This document shows positions 13,631 to 25,741 of a stretch of 64,000 nt of DNA, piece by piece. This DNA comes from Octopus vulgaris (Eukaryota): NCBI GenBank assembly GCA_951406725.2, contig OX597822.1:28706001-28770000 (forward strand). The letters are read 5' to 3'. The notes below the pieces were generated by a model that saw only the letters and a list, made by a program, of their open reading frames with translations, was not told where the DNA came from and searched no databases. The stretch's first letter is position 1. Each line of letters opens with the position of its first letter. A program made the translations under genes and the position numbers.

Positions 13631-16600
13631 ATATTAGTTCTATTATATGTGGTTATTAGGCTCCAACTAGCGAATACACTAATTTTTTTAAACTTGCGTG
13701 CTGCAATAATTTGGCCTAAACAAATATTCTGCCGATTAGGGTTTAAAAAAAGTAAATTACACGGCTTTGAGTGGGCTCACTTGGACTTTAAATGATATGG
13801 ACACTAAACATACCGTTGGGTATTCGAAACGTGATCTCTGCTTGGAAGAATCATTCCATATCCTTACCTGTACTTTCAGATTATTTAATCCCAGAAACAA
13901 ATTAGCAGTAAAATGCATAAATTTATTTAGAAAAGTTTTCAGAATTTCCAAATAAGTTTCCTTATTTAAAAATCACGGAGATGAAAGTACACATAAGTTA
14001 ACCCAGTTAGCTTATATTTCAAATTTACTTACGTTTTATTAAATTTTCACTAATCCTAAATCTTATTTATTTTTTGAAAGGGGAGAAATAATACAAAATA
14101 TGGTTAGAATGAATATTTACTTCACACAACATATATTGATTAAGTTTACGTTAAAATCTCAGATAGTTTAGCAAAATCTATTGTAATTCATTGAGCAGTA
14201 AATGAAACGGTATTGATTAATAGCTCTGATTTCATTATAATATTAGCGCAAAGGTTTTGTAATTTAGATAATTATAAAAAAGGGACATTTTTTTTCCTTC
14301 ATGCTAATTCATATATATTAGTTACATAAATGGAATAAGTATGGCTTCAAATGAAGTTTGGAACAGCAACGCTAACTGGAAATATACAACACGAGCCGAG
14401 CCATCAGAATAAATATTGACTGGACTCGATTCAGAGAACGGATAAGGCAAGAAATGTTACGCTTTCCCAACAACATTAGCAATATCAGTTCACGTTTACA
14501 CAGAAACCTGCAGTAATGTTGCTTAAAAATCTACTGATAACGTTTACTGAGAAGCTCAAACTATATCGGTAAAATTCATGGAAGATAACTTTCAAATTTC
14601 GTTCAGCATTTGAAATAGCAGCAGGCAAGCTATGTTAATAGAAAGAATGACTATAACAGAGAGGCTTTTCAGTCTTCATAAACCTATAGAGGAACATGGA
14701 TATTCAACACGTAATAAAAAAACAAATTTTGTATTTATGTAATGCTTTTTATTATATTCTCTTTATATAATTTTATATTACAGACATAGAATACGTAAGT
14801 TAAAATGCTCATCATTAATGACAGGATATTATGATTCATTTAATCCCGTTGTTTTACTATGTATTAGACAATAAGAATAACGGCTAAGGAGTCGACATCG
14901 TCTGATTATTATATGGTATATATGTATTGTGGTTTGGATAGAATTTATTGTCATTGATTTAACACATTTATATGGAAGTAATACCACAATTAGAAATAGC
15001 GTTTACAATAAACCGATTTTGCTCAAGGCGAAACAATTATTTTCTTATGCAAAAAGACCAAAAGCCTTGTTGAAAATATTATAAAACTGATGCGATGTTG
15101 TCAGCATTCCTTTTAACAACATCAGATCTCTCCGTAGATAACGTTTTACGGACAGAAAAGGAAACGCACAGCAACATTTTGCTTGCTGGACAAATAAGAG
15201 CTGATTATTAGAGAATTAATTGGATAACTGAAAGCGACGAATAATAATATTTTAATAGAGTTGGGATAGAAATGTGATACACGAGTGGTAGACTCTTATC
15301 ACACACACTAGAATCTCTACAAACCCCGTTACATGTGACGTAATAAATGTTTTTAAAAGCGTTTTCCAAAACGTATATCGTGATTATTCCATTTGTGTGA
15401 GGAAGAGATTATATAATATAGGAAGAGAACGAGATTATTTAAAACCATGAAAGTTTTAAAATATCGAAGACCAGGAGAAATGGCCAAAACTAAAAGGGCA
15501 AGTTCCTGAACGAAACCTTCACACTTGCAAGGCGTTTATCTTATACGAATTCAAACAAAATCTAGAAAGCATAACTTTTCTTTTATGTTTTTTCATTTTT
15601 TTTTTTTCCGAATCGGCATTTTAGGAATTTCAGTTCAGAGTGTTGTTAATTGTTGAACTTTGTCCTCGGTTGATTCATAGCCTCGAAGATTTATAGTCAA
15701 AGGTATTCTAGGAACAGCCATCATGTCATATATTCAAATTTCATATATAATTTATTGTCTACTATTTCCATCTTTTTTCCACTGACGATATTGAGTAACC
15801 CACATTGGTTAAATTCATACAAGTTTAGCTTGACGGCACACCTACGGAGTTATATTCGTTGATGTTGTGGATGTTTTTGTAATGTTTTGCAGATTCTGAA
15901 AAATACTGCGTCGAACAATACTTGTTGAAAGAAACGATAAACATATAAGTAATCCAACGAATGAGTTTAAAATACAAAATAATAGAGAAAATTCTTCAAT
16001 TCTTGTAAACGTATACAGAAATGCGAATGTCCATGTTAGTCCCATGATAAAGAATAGTTTTACGCAAATGATACACTCCAGTTTATTATGTTTAGATAAA
16101 TATTTCGAAGAAAGTTTACGTGCCAAATAGAGCCCTCTAGCGGTGAGGGTAAAGGCTACGAAATTAAGACGTAAAATAATCATTACAGGGATTAAAAAAA
16201 ACCATAGCAGACTTTTTCCATTTTTAATCCAGCAAATATCTTTTCCATAGTCTGGGGAAAGTCCGTGATTTCCAGGAATATACTCAAATATCAGTGATAA
16301 TGTTACTATTACAAGTGGACAGATCCAAGCATACAAGGAATACAATACAAATCTCTTGGTATGTTTTCCTTTACTTCGAAGTTGTGTGAGTCCTGAGAAA
16401 GTGTGACAGGCATCAAATGACATGACATTCATCCAGAAGAAAGTCGCTAAAAACGAATAATGCATGACAACAGCTAAAGATTTACACAGCACTGTAGATT
16501 TAGTGACTTGTGATGAGATAAGAAAGAGAAGCTCAGCTACAAACAGTGCTAACAAAAGACTAATGAGTAATTTACCTGGTAAGGTACGGAGATCAGGTAT

Positions 16601-19600
16601 ACAGGGATAGACTACAATGGTGATTGCAAGAGCGGGAATAGAGATTACGAGTCCCACTAATGTGATATAGCTCTCAGCTACGGAATATTTTGATATACCG
16701 TTGATATTTGATATATTATTGATATCATTGTTTCCACAGATACTTATTATACCTTGAGAATCACGAGTGAATTCTGATTTGTTCAGCAAACGTTGGGTAT
16801 CATTTAAGTAGAGAAGATCATCACTAGTAATGTAATACTCAGATTCATTTAATCTTGTTGTTGCACGGTTTAGTGGAGGATGGTAGATAACTTGTCGACA
16901 TTTATTGGTATTGATATCGTAGACAGCGTCCTTTGGACATGAGTTCCTCAGTACACCGGTACGATTCGTTTTCGTTTTTGTATTTGTTTCCATATAGGAA
17001 TTCATGTTGTATTTTACTTGTTTTACCAAAAGCGGGTATGTTTTGTAGTTGATCATCTGAGTCAGGATTTTCGCAGTGGTTCACATACTCCGTAACATCA
17101 TGGTTAGGCGGACAACGGTCAAACTGATAATAAGTTTTACGTTCATAAGGTTCACCAAAACTTGTACATCTGTAATATAGTGATGGATAGGATTGTTTGT
17201 GATTAGAAGTGCTCTTATTAGCCATGTCAGAACAACATTCCTTGTAGAGGTAACAGTCCGGACGACACGAACAGCGTTCTCGTGTGTTATGGCCGGGAGG
17301 ATGGGAGCACAAAGCTGGGCTACAGTTGTTGAAGTATTGTGCATATGTTACAATATTTGAGAACAATAAAAGACAAACTTCAACCAATTCAAAAGCTGTT
17401 TCCATTTTCAAAGACATAATGAATAATGCATGAATTGACCTTCCAAGTCCCGGTGATACTTTGATAATTTACTTCACTGCCGTAAATTTAAAGGTATTAC
17501 TATGTACTTTCGAAATTTAGCAATGTCTCCAAGAGATATAATGATCAATACCTTCAAAACATTTTCATTCCGAAACGGAGCAGTGAAATTGGTGTCGGAA
17601 GATTTAGATTCTTTGATTTTATTGCTATTAAATGTTGAATGTTCACGACTCGGCTACTTGGTTCACATATATGCATGTATGAAAATACATAGATGCGAAG
17701 ATAGTTGAGGCACCAACAAAAGAACAAATATTTCATTACACATACTATTATTGTAAACAGGTCGCAACGTGCTTTTTGGAAGAAAGCAGAGAATATTAAT
17801 ACGGCTGTGACAGAAAGAGAAACAAAAGGTTGAATGCAGTAACATTATTACTAAGAGAGAGATCACAAGGAAGATATATATACAATGCCGAGCAAGTGCT
17901 TCGGAATACAACGATATCCTAACGGAGAATACATTGATTCACTGGCATGGAAGCTCATGTTCCTGTTCTTGATATCCAAAGTGTTAATTAGAATTTATAT
18001 TCTGGAAGGATTTCGCCCTGCAGCTGTAACTAGATTTTCAGTGAAACTAGGATGGGAAGAATGTCATTAAAGGAGAGAGAGCAAGACGGAAATATTACCA
18101 ACAGAGTGTTAGCGAAGGAGAGGTGCGGAGATTGCTAATATGTCGCAGATGTGTCCACTATATATCGCTGATGTTTTGAGTGCTAAACAAAGAACAAAAT
18201 AATTCGGCGGTAAGAGAAGGAGAAAAAAATGGAAAACAATGTAATCCTTTTTAAGGATAGATTTCTTAATTTCCATGCCGTTACCGATAGACAAACAATG
18301 ATTGGGAATTATGAAGTAGCAACGATTTTTACCAAGGGCAGAAGCTATAGTTCTACTTACACCAGAAAGGACGAGAGGAAGAGAAATTACAGAGACTTCG
18401 CCAACAGTATAGCAACGAAAGGGAAGAACGAAGGTGGTCATTATGTGGCAGCAGTGTTGAGTAAGAAAATAAAGAACAACGATAAAAAAGAAAGAAAAGG
18501 GAAGAATGCAGTAACATTACCACTAAAGGAGGGAAGGTGTGAACGACAGAGTTATTACCAATAGAGGAGCAACTTCTATAGGGATGAAAGCTGCGTTCAG
18601 GAAAAAAAGACAGAGAATTAAAAGGAGAGGAAACAGTAAGATTATCAATGAGACAGGAGTCACGAGGAAGAAGCTAAAAATACATAGAAAAACGTTCCGA
18701 AAAACAGTGACATCCTTACTGAAAATATAATCAGGTTTGGTATTTCCTACACCACATAAATTCACAGATATATGACTCTACAATAGAACGGTGAGTGCCA
18801 CAGTATCGTTGATTACCTCACTTCACAGACATCCACGTACTCTCCACTTTTTTACGAGATTTTAGGTTAAAACAGGACAGAATTTCATTAAGACAAAGAG
18901 AGAAAGAGACAGAGAAACGGAGAGGGTGAGTGACAATGGTAAAGATATCACCAAGAGAGGGCCAACAAGTGAGAAGTTTGAAAGTCGTCGGAAAAATAGA
19001 TTTGTCAATTAACTTGGAAGTTAATATTGCTGTTACTGCTATCTAGGGTCGGCACACAAATTTAGATGTTACAAAAACTTTCGCCTACAGTTCCAGCTAG
19101 ATTTTTAGTGAAACCAGGAAAGGCAGTAGGTGAATAAGAAGAGAGAATAAAAAGAGTGAGAGCGGAAAAGAGAGAGTGGCAGAAGGACAAAGATATCAAA
19201 GAGGAAGGCAACAAAGGTTAGTATGTTTTAGATGGGTTATGGTAGAATACAAAGAAGTACGACTGAGAGAAAAATAAAAGGAGAGAGGCGCAACGAAGGA
19301 GGGGGGTGGATTTTTTTAGTAGATAGAGATAGGCAGAGAAAGAAATTGACTATATTTAGGAAACCATTCCGAAAAACATTGATATCCTTTCGGAAAATAC
19401 AATAGTTTATTAGAATTGAAAATTATACTGCACTTATTAATAGATTTTAAGTTAAAATGGGAGGTAAAAAATTTATTAAAACAGAGAGGGAAAGACACAG
19501 ACAGACTGAGAGGGTGAGTGATAATGGCAGAGATATCACCAAGAGAGGGCCAACGAACGAGAAGTTTCAAAGTCATCAGAATTGATTAGTTAATTAACCT
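13620..19600. repeat. Segmental duplication unit A (GPCR plus flanks)
   Basis: 13620 onward matches 37435 and 52915 onward (ttatttatattagttctattatatgtgg...); 19340-19600 matches 44743-45005. Confidence 0.9.
15842..17405 (-). pseudogene. Methuselah/adhesion-like GPCR copy A, frameshifted
   Basis: N-terminal ORF 16902..17417 (signal peptide, CSCRPDCYLYKECCSD) and 7TM ORF 15842..17056 are in different frames. Anchors 17025=41226 and 16891=40664 show A is net 428 nt shorter than B in the ectodomain. There is also a 36-nt in-frame deletion in the C-tail. Confidence 0.85.
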
Positions 19601-19900
19601 GGAAGTCAAAATTGCTGTTACAGCTATCGCTGAGCCGTAATGAGAATTTACGTTACAAGAACTTCCACCTACAGCTTCAGCTAGATTTTTAGTGAAGCCA
19701 TGCAGTATGTTATAAAGAAAGAATGAAAAAAGAGAGAGAAAGAGAGGAGAAAAGAGAGAGACAGAAGGACAAAGATATCAAAGAGGGAGACAATGAAGGT
19801 TAGTATGTTTTAGTTGTGTTAACGTAGAAAGCAAAGTACAATAACACGGCTGAAAGAAAATAAAAGAAGAGAGGCGCAACGAAGTAGAAGGATAAATTTG
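17950..19900. repeat. Diverged purine-rich tandem repeat upstream of GPCR A (homolog 43590-45005)
   Basis: gatatcaccaagagagggccaac at ~18943 and ~19532 (period ~590); cagct...agatttttagtgaa at ~18020, 19095 and 19678. Confidence 0.7.
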
Positions 19901-20079
19901 TCAGTATCTTATCGCTTTTTTCTTTCTTTTTTAGAACTTAAAGCATTCTAAGATCCTATGTGTCCTAAGTAGTGCTGACATCAAGTTTGAGCAAAATATG
20001 TCAAAAGTGGTAAAAGTTATTGTTGAAAATGGGGAGTAGCCAATTTTAGTGGGAAATCCAATAAGGAATCGGTTTATCA

Positions 20080-20370
20080 ATTTTTATCCTGATTCAATGG
20101 AAAACCCCAAATGGATGCCTGCCACTGATAGTGTTTGGCTTTGGGATCTGATGGTGGACATGGCGAAGCATGGTCTCACCAGGAACTGCTTTAAACGGAA
20201 GTTAAACGGCATGTCTGACCCCAAGGAATAAAGTTGCTCCCTTGAAATGAAAACATTTTCACCCCTCCCGCACCCTGTAACAATGGTGGCCTCAATCAAG
20301 TGGGGCATCAGGGACTTGATTACTAAGCGGATCCCGTTGCACTGTTTCGGATGAGTGCACTTGTGATAGG
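20080..20370 (-). mobile_element. Helitron/PIF1-family helicase C-terminal fragment
   Basis: PKQCNGIRLVIKSLMPHLIEATIVTGCGRGENVFI...SDMPFNFRLKQFLVRPCFAMSTIRSQSQTL matches the PIF1/Helitron consensus CNGTRL...QFP-x-R-x2-FAMTINKSQGQTL. Confidence 0.8.
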
Positions 20371-20823
20371 TTGATGCTAAATAATTATAGTCCTAGAACC
20401 GTTCTCTCTTGAGGCATGGCACTTATTACAGGGTACTTTGCAAAGAAAAACCATTTCCAGCAACAGATGACTCCAACCATGTAGGAAGCCAAAGAGCCAT
20501 TCGCTGAGTTTTCCTGAGATACCTTAACTTATCAAGGTATATACAATCAATATCCTTTCCTCTCCAGAGATTATTAGAATTATGCTACGGTACTGTAATA
20601 GTTATGAAAAATATTCTATATATCTAGGGAAAGAACTTGGTTCATCTCGATTGCCTCTCTTCCATTACTTTTTAATATATCTTATTGACTCCTGATATAT
20701 TTATTAAATTGATAAAGTTTTTTCTCCACAGTCAGTAAACATTACGTATAACATTTTCTTTTAATTCAACTCAATATAAAATCACCATTTACTAGCTAAT
20801 TATGATTATATATTAATAGAAAT

Positions 20824-20888
<65 letters not shown>

Positions 20889-21576
20889 GTGATTTCTATA
20901 TTCTCTATCCTTATATAGGATACTAATACTTATTGAAATTCTTTAGAAAATTATCTAAAGAACATTTACTTAAATTTCTGAATATGGAATCTGGATGTTG
21001 AATGGTAAGGGACATTAAAACCTCTAGAGCACTAGTAGTCTATGTTCCCATATCCCTCTAACTTCAACCTACTAGCTTTTTGCTATAATACATTCAAATG
21101 TATCTAAACTGAATTCCTCAAAATGGGAATAGGTTTATGGTTTTGACATTTGTACTACCCATTCCTACATCTATAAATAGAAAAAATTCTTTGTCTCCAT
21201 CAAACCAAAAATAAAATTCCCCTCCCCACTGACAGATCTAAATAACAAAGTGAACTTTCAATCAAGTGGGGCATCAGGGACTTGATTACTAAGCGGGTCC
21301 CGTTGCACTGTTTCGGATGAGTGCACTTGTGATAGGTTGATGCTAAATAATTATAGTCCTACAACCGTTCTCTCCTGAGGCATGCCACTTATTACAGGGG
21401 ACTTTGCAAAGCAAAAACCATTTCCAGCAACAGTTGGCTCCAACCATGTAGGAAGTCAAAGAGCCATTCGCTGAGTTTGCCTGAGATACCTTAACTTATC
21501 AAGGTATATACGATCAATATCCTTTCCTCTCGAGAGATTATTAGAATTATGCTACGGTACTGTAATAGTTATGAAA
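20292..21576. repeat. ~318-bp direct repeat (20292-20609, 21258-21576) bracketing a ~648-bp insert
   Basis: Both copies run tcaatcaagtggggcatcagg...ctgtaatagttatgaaa. The insert is an inverted copy of 33572-34350 / 48950-49810. Confidence 0.9.
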
Positions 21577-21599
21577 GGTAACTTCGTCTAGCCCAAAAA

Positions 21600-23090
21600 C
21601 CATCTACGAAGTTGTTTTCAACAAGGCATGTACTGATTCTATTTCAGACAATGCGTTTGAATTTTATATGTGTGAGATTGGAGTGAAACAGGTTTGTAGT
21701 TTTTAGCTTCAGACTCGCTACCTTCCTTTGTGTATTGTGTGTAGGTATTACTACTACATCTTTTAATAGTTCTGTGAATTCGCCGGTAACTAGCGACTTT
21801 TGAAATAGCATGTTTAATGGTTTCACGAGGCTGTTTTTGCATGTTTTTAGTAACATAGCTGGGAGGCCGTCTGGTCCAGATGCTGAGTTTGCTGTAAGTT
21901 GACTTCTGGGAATCAAAGAATTCATTTGACCCAAATGTTATTTTGTTGGGAAGAAGCTCTGTCATAATGTCGACTGAAGAATGTGCATATGTTTGATGAA
22001 TCATTAGTATATGATCCAGTTTGATTCATTAGATAACCCAACCTGGTTACGCGTAGCTGATTTTTGTTTAGCAAAGGAGAAATATTATAGAACTTAAAAA
22101 TATATTTTATAATTTACACTGGTCGATGTTCTCTTAGCGAAGTTTCTTTTTCATGACATAGTTTAAGTCCAGTTTGTTTGTTTGTTTGTTTGTTTGTTTG
22201 TTTGTTTGTTGTTTTTGTTTTTTGTTTTACTCAATCTCATCTGCTGAGATAGTTTGGTTTTTAGTTGTTTTCTTGGTTTGGTTCTGTTACACACTGGTAT
22301 CCGTCTATCTCACAGGATCAAGGGCTCGTGGGAATAGGCGTGATTATATGAGTCATGCTTTCAACAGATCCTGATTAATTCCTCGTACAGAAACTTCATT
22401 CCCTCGTTAACATTGAGATTGCCGATTTGTTTCCAGGATTTCAGTTTCGATTTCATTCCACTTGACCTTTCTGAAATTCAAGTTCATGAGGAGTGAGTCA
22501 GGCTGGATGTTATTTTTGTGTGTTACCCTCTTTGAACCATATACAGATAATTGTATAATGTGGTCGGAAATAACTATCGGAATGATCTGAACATTGTGAG
22601 TGAAGTCTGTATTAATGGTAATGACTGGGTCGAGTATTTTACCCCTGGTTGGACTAATAAGGATCTGTGGTATGAGAAAGTATTTTAATAGTATCGAAAA
22701 AAGCATTCATATCTCTCCTCTTCCCTTGCATAATTTCAGGTTGGATATAACCCTCAGGCTAGCTGAGATTAGGAAAACTAATCAGTTGTCCTCAAAGAGC
22801 TTTGGCTTATGAGCGACAAAACATTTTGAAGTGATCTCCATGGCTATCTACATCAGGAAGACAGTAGGTAATACCTATGATCAAATTGGGGCCAATCACG
22901 TGCATTATTAGTGTATCGCGCATTATGTTGGGGTGGGGAAGGAGGACATTTGTTGCCAGGTCTTCTTGGGTAAAAATTGCTATTTCTCCTTAGTTCCATA
23001 TTCTGTGATAAGTTCTGAATAGTACAAAACCTGACATATGTATTTCCGCATCCAATATGTCTGGGGTCAGTTGCGTTTTCTGTAGATTTG
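21600..23090 (-). mobile_element. Degenerate CR1/L2-like LINE fragment (AP endonuclease and start of RT)
   Basis: PTRGKILD...ISDH (22407..22706); SGPDGLPAMLLK...KPLNMLFQKSL and NYKPVSL (21639..22004). Confidence 0.75.
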
Positions 23091-23213
23091 GTTGTGGTTT
23101 GAAGTCATGCTTTTACTAGAGCATCGAGTCCCTAAAGGATTACTGAAGGGACAGTCATATATCAGAAATAATCTTTCGTGTTGCGAAAACAATAGATTCC
23201 GGGTTACATATGT

Positions 23214-23443
23214 GCGGCGAGCTGGCAGAGACGTTAGCACGCCGGGCGAAATGCGTAGCCGTATTTCGTCTGCCGTTACGTTCTGGGTTCACATTCCGCC
23301 GAGGTCGACTTTGCCTTTCATCCTTTCGGGGTCGATAAATTAAGTACCAGTTACACACTGGGTTGATGTAATCGACTTAATCCGTTTGTCTGTCCTTGTT
23401 TGTTCCCTCTGTGTTTAGCCCCTTCTGGGTAGTAAAGAAAATA
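23214..23443 (+). mobile_element. tRNA-derived SINE (abundant octopus-type family)
   Basis: gcggcgagctggcagagacgttagc head, B-box-like gggttcacattcc, central gcctttcatcctttcggggtcgataaattaagtaccag, tail gtaaagaaaata. Confidence 0.85.
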
Positions 23444-23476
23444 TATGTAGTAGTTATTAAGCGTCATTTAGCATTT

Positions 23477-23580
23477 AGTGGTGGTGGCGGTGCTGGTGGT
23501 GCTGGTGCTGGTGCTCCGTGGTCGTCGTCGTCGTCGTCGTCGTTGTCGTCGTCGTCGTAGTTGTCGTCGTCGTCGTCGTG
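23477..23580. repeat. (TGG/TGC)n and (TCG)n trinucleotide repeats
   Basis: Direct reading. Confidence 0.9.
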
Positions 23581-23866
23581 GAAAATCTAGAGACTGTGTT
23601 GTATAATAGGCCATCAATTGTTCTACCATTGAAAAGTGACTGCCAATGGCGATCATGTTGTCGTTGCAATTGTTTAGTTGTGGTAAGAGTAAGAGCAGTA
23701 GAACGTAATGACAATGATGATGATGGTGATGAAGAGTCATTGTGCTATTTCGAGAGAATGAAATAGCTACACAGAGATGGGCTCTTGACTGTGGAGTTTC
23801 ATATTTCCTTAATTGTATCGAGGAGTGGCCGTAGTTTTCGTTGTTTTGTTGTTGTAACATTGTTGT

Positions 23867-23921
<55 letters not shown>

Positions 23922-24084
23922 GTTATCGCCATACTAATATGGCATTCTTATAAAAATAAGAAAAAAGCTGTCCGCTTATTAGCTCCATGAGGCCATTGCC
24001 TTAAGTTAGCTATTTGATACACAAACTGTATCCATATAACCTTCGAACAAGGGAGGTCAGTCGCTCCACACTACTTGACCGGCA

Positions 24085-24126
24085 GCTACAGACGCGTTTC
24101 GGAGTATTGCCCCTTTTCAATGCAGC
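24085..24126 (-). ncRNA. Minimal hammerhead with U3:A8 core (opposite-strand copy)
   Basis: Exact reverse complement of 24476-24517. Confidence 0.75.
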
Positions 24127-24475
24127 GTAGCCAGCCAGTAGGTGTCGCTTCCGACAATCTCTGTTCGATGGTTTTATTTACCTAGTTTCGGTGGAATACA
24201 TCCACTTGTTTTCAATAATAGAAATATTAAAATAACTAAGTCTCTCTAAAAGAGAACAGCGGCAGCGTTCCCGGAAAATAATAGTTATCGCCATACTAAT
24301 ATGGCATTCTTATAAAAATAAGAAAAAAGCTGTCCGCTTATTAGCTCCATGAGGCCATTGCCTTAAGTTAGCTATTTGATACACAAACTGTATCCATATA
24401 ACCTTCGAACAAGGGAGGTCAGTCGCTCCACACTACTTGACCGGCAGCTACAGACGCGTTTCGGAGTATTGCTAC

Positions 24476-24517
24476 GCTGCATTGAAAAGGGGCAATACTC
24501 CGAAACGCGTCTGTAGC
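24476..24517 (+). ncRNA. Minimal hammerhead with U3:A8 compensatory core
   Basis: gctgca-TTGAAAA-gggg caata ctcc-GAAA-cgcg-TC-tgtagc. Confidence 0.75.
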
Positions 24518-25108
24518 TGCCGGTCAAGTAGTGTGGAGCGACTGACCTCCCTTGTTCGAAGGTTATATGGATACAGTTTGTGTATCAAATAGCTAACTTA
24601 AGGCAATGGCCTCATGGAGCTAATAAGCGGACAGCTTTTTTTCTTATTTTTATAAGAATGCCATATTAGTATGGCGATAACTATTATTTTCCGGGAACGC
24701 TGCCGCTGTTCTCTTTTAGAGAGACTTAGTTATTTTAATATTTCTATTATATATATATATATATTGATAAAACGGTAAGATAACAAAAGAAAGAAAGAGA
24801 CCTCAATATTATGTAAATAGAGGAAATTTATCTATACAATATGTTACATTACTCGGTAGTCAAGATAAAACTCTGAGTTTCAGATGCCGAAGTGGAAATC
24901 CACAACACCATCTCTTCGGTTATCTGGCTATTTGAAAACGTTATGAAAAAATACCGTTAAAAATGAAGGGAAATTACTCTGTTATAACTCTGCTTTGCCT
25001 GCGTACTTATACATCGCTCGCATTTTTCGTCATAAAAATTATATAAAAATACATAAAAATATATAAAAATATATAAAATCTTCTGGGACATAACACAGAA
25101 AGCATGTT

Positions 25109-25741
25109 CTATCCGTTTTCTTTAGGGGACCAAAAACGTAACAGAAATTTAGTCACATGTGGGCATGATCCGAAAAGCTCTGTCCTTGTATTTAGACATG
25201 TGGTAGGGTCTAAGCTGCTTTTCCAGATAAGCCATCTCTCCATGTCGCATAAACCGCACCTTCCGCTGCCGTTAGTATAGGGCTTACATCTGGCCAAAAT
25301 CTTCCATTGTATGTTATAATCGACACCTTTATCTCTTAAAGACCAAATATGATTGGATAATTGTGTCGCTTTTCTTTTGTTCCAGTGCCTAAAGCTCAAA
25401 GTGTGGTTATTGAACCTGGCCTTGAAATTACCCTCTGTCAGGCCCACGTATTTCTTCGTCGAAACGGTGTCTTTAGTGGTTATAGAGTTTACGGTAGCTT
25501 CATATATGATGGTCTTGGACATGCAAGCTCCATTTAGCGGGCACAATTCTTTATTCCTGCATGAACAGCTGTTTTCTTCTTGTGTTTTTTGTATGTTATG
25601 ATTGATTATGTTTTTAAAATTGGTAGTTGAACTAAAACTAATTTTTAAATTGTGTCTATTGAAGAGTTTCCTATAAGCATGGTTAACTGGAAAATGTCTA
25701 TCTATCAGTGCTAGGAAATATTTACTTATATTGAAGGCCAC
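25109..25741 (-). CDS. Penelope-like GIY-YIG endonuclease region
   Basis: IIY...YVG, downstream R and C-x2-C; its C-terminal part is duplicated on + at 27011-27389. Confidence 0.85.
   Translation of the reverse strand: MAFNISKYFLALIDRHFPVNHAYRKLFNRHNLKISFSSTTNFKNIINHNIQKTQEENSCSCRNKELCPLNGACMSKTIIYEATVNSITTKDTVSTKKYVGLTEGNFKARFNNHTLSFRHWNKRKATQLSNHIWSLRDKGVDYNIQWKILARCKPYTNGSGRCGLCDMERWLIWKSSLDPTTCLNTRTELFGSCPHVTKFLLRFWSPKENG

Larger units (their letters stand above)
23918..24750. mobile_element. Retrozyme-like / Penelope pLTR-like 362-nt monomer in tandem and inverted copies with hammerhead motifs
   Basis: agttatcgcc recurs at 23921 and 24283 (period 362); 24491-24750 is the reverse complement of 24215-24472; flanked by (TA)n. 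Confidence 0.85.

Noticed and set aside
13131-13795. Poly-I/L/Y/N ORFs (also at 35.0-35.4, 42.9-43.2, 50.4-50.8 and 63.5-63.8 kb)
   Set aside because: (TAA)n artefacts.
23468-23932. 154-aa ORF with poly-H/R/T tracts
   Set aside because: Built from trinucleotide and TA repeats, with no domain evidence.
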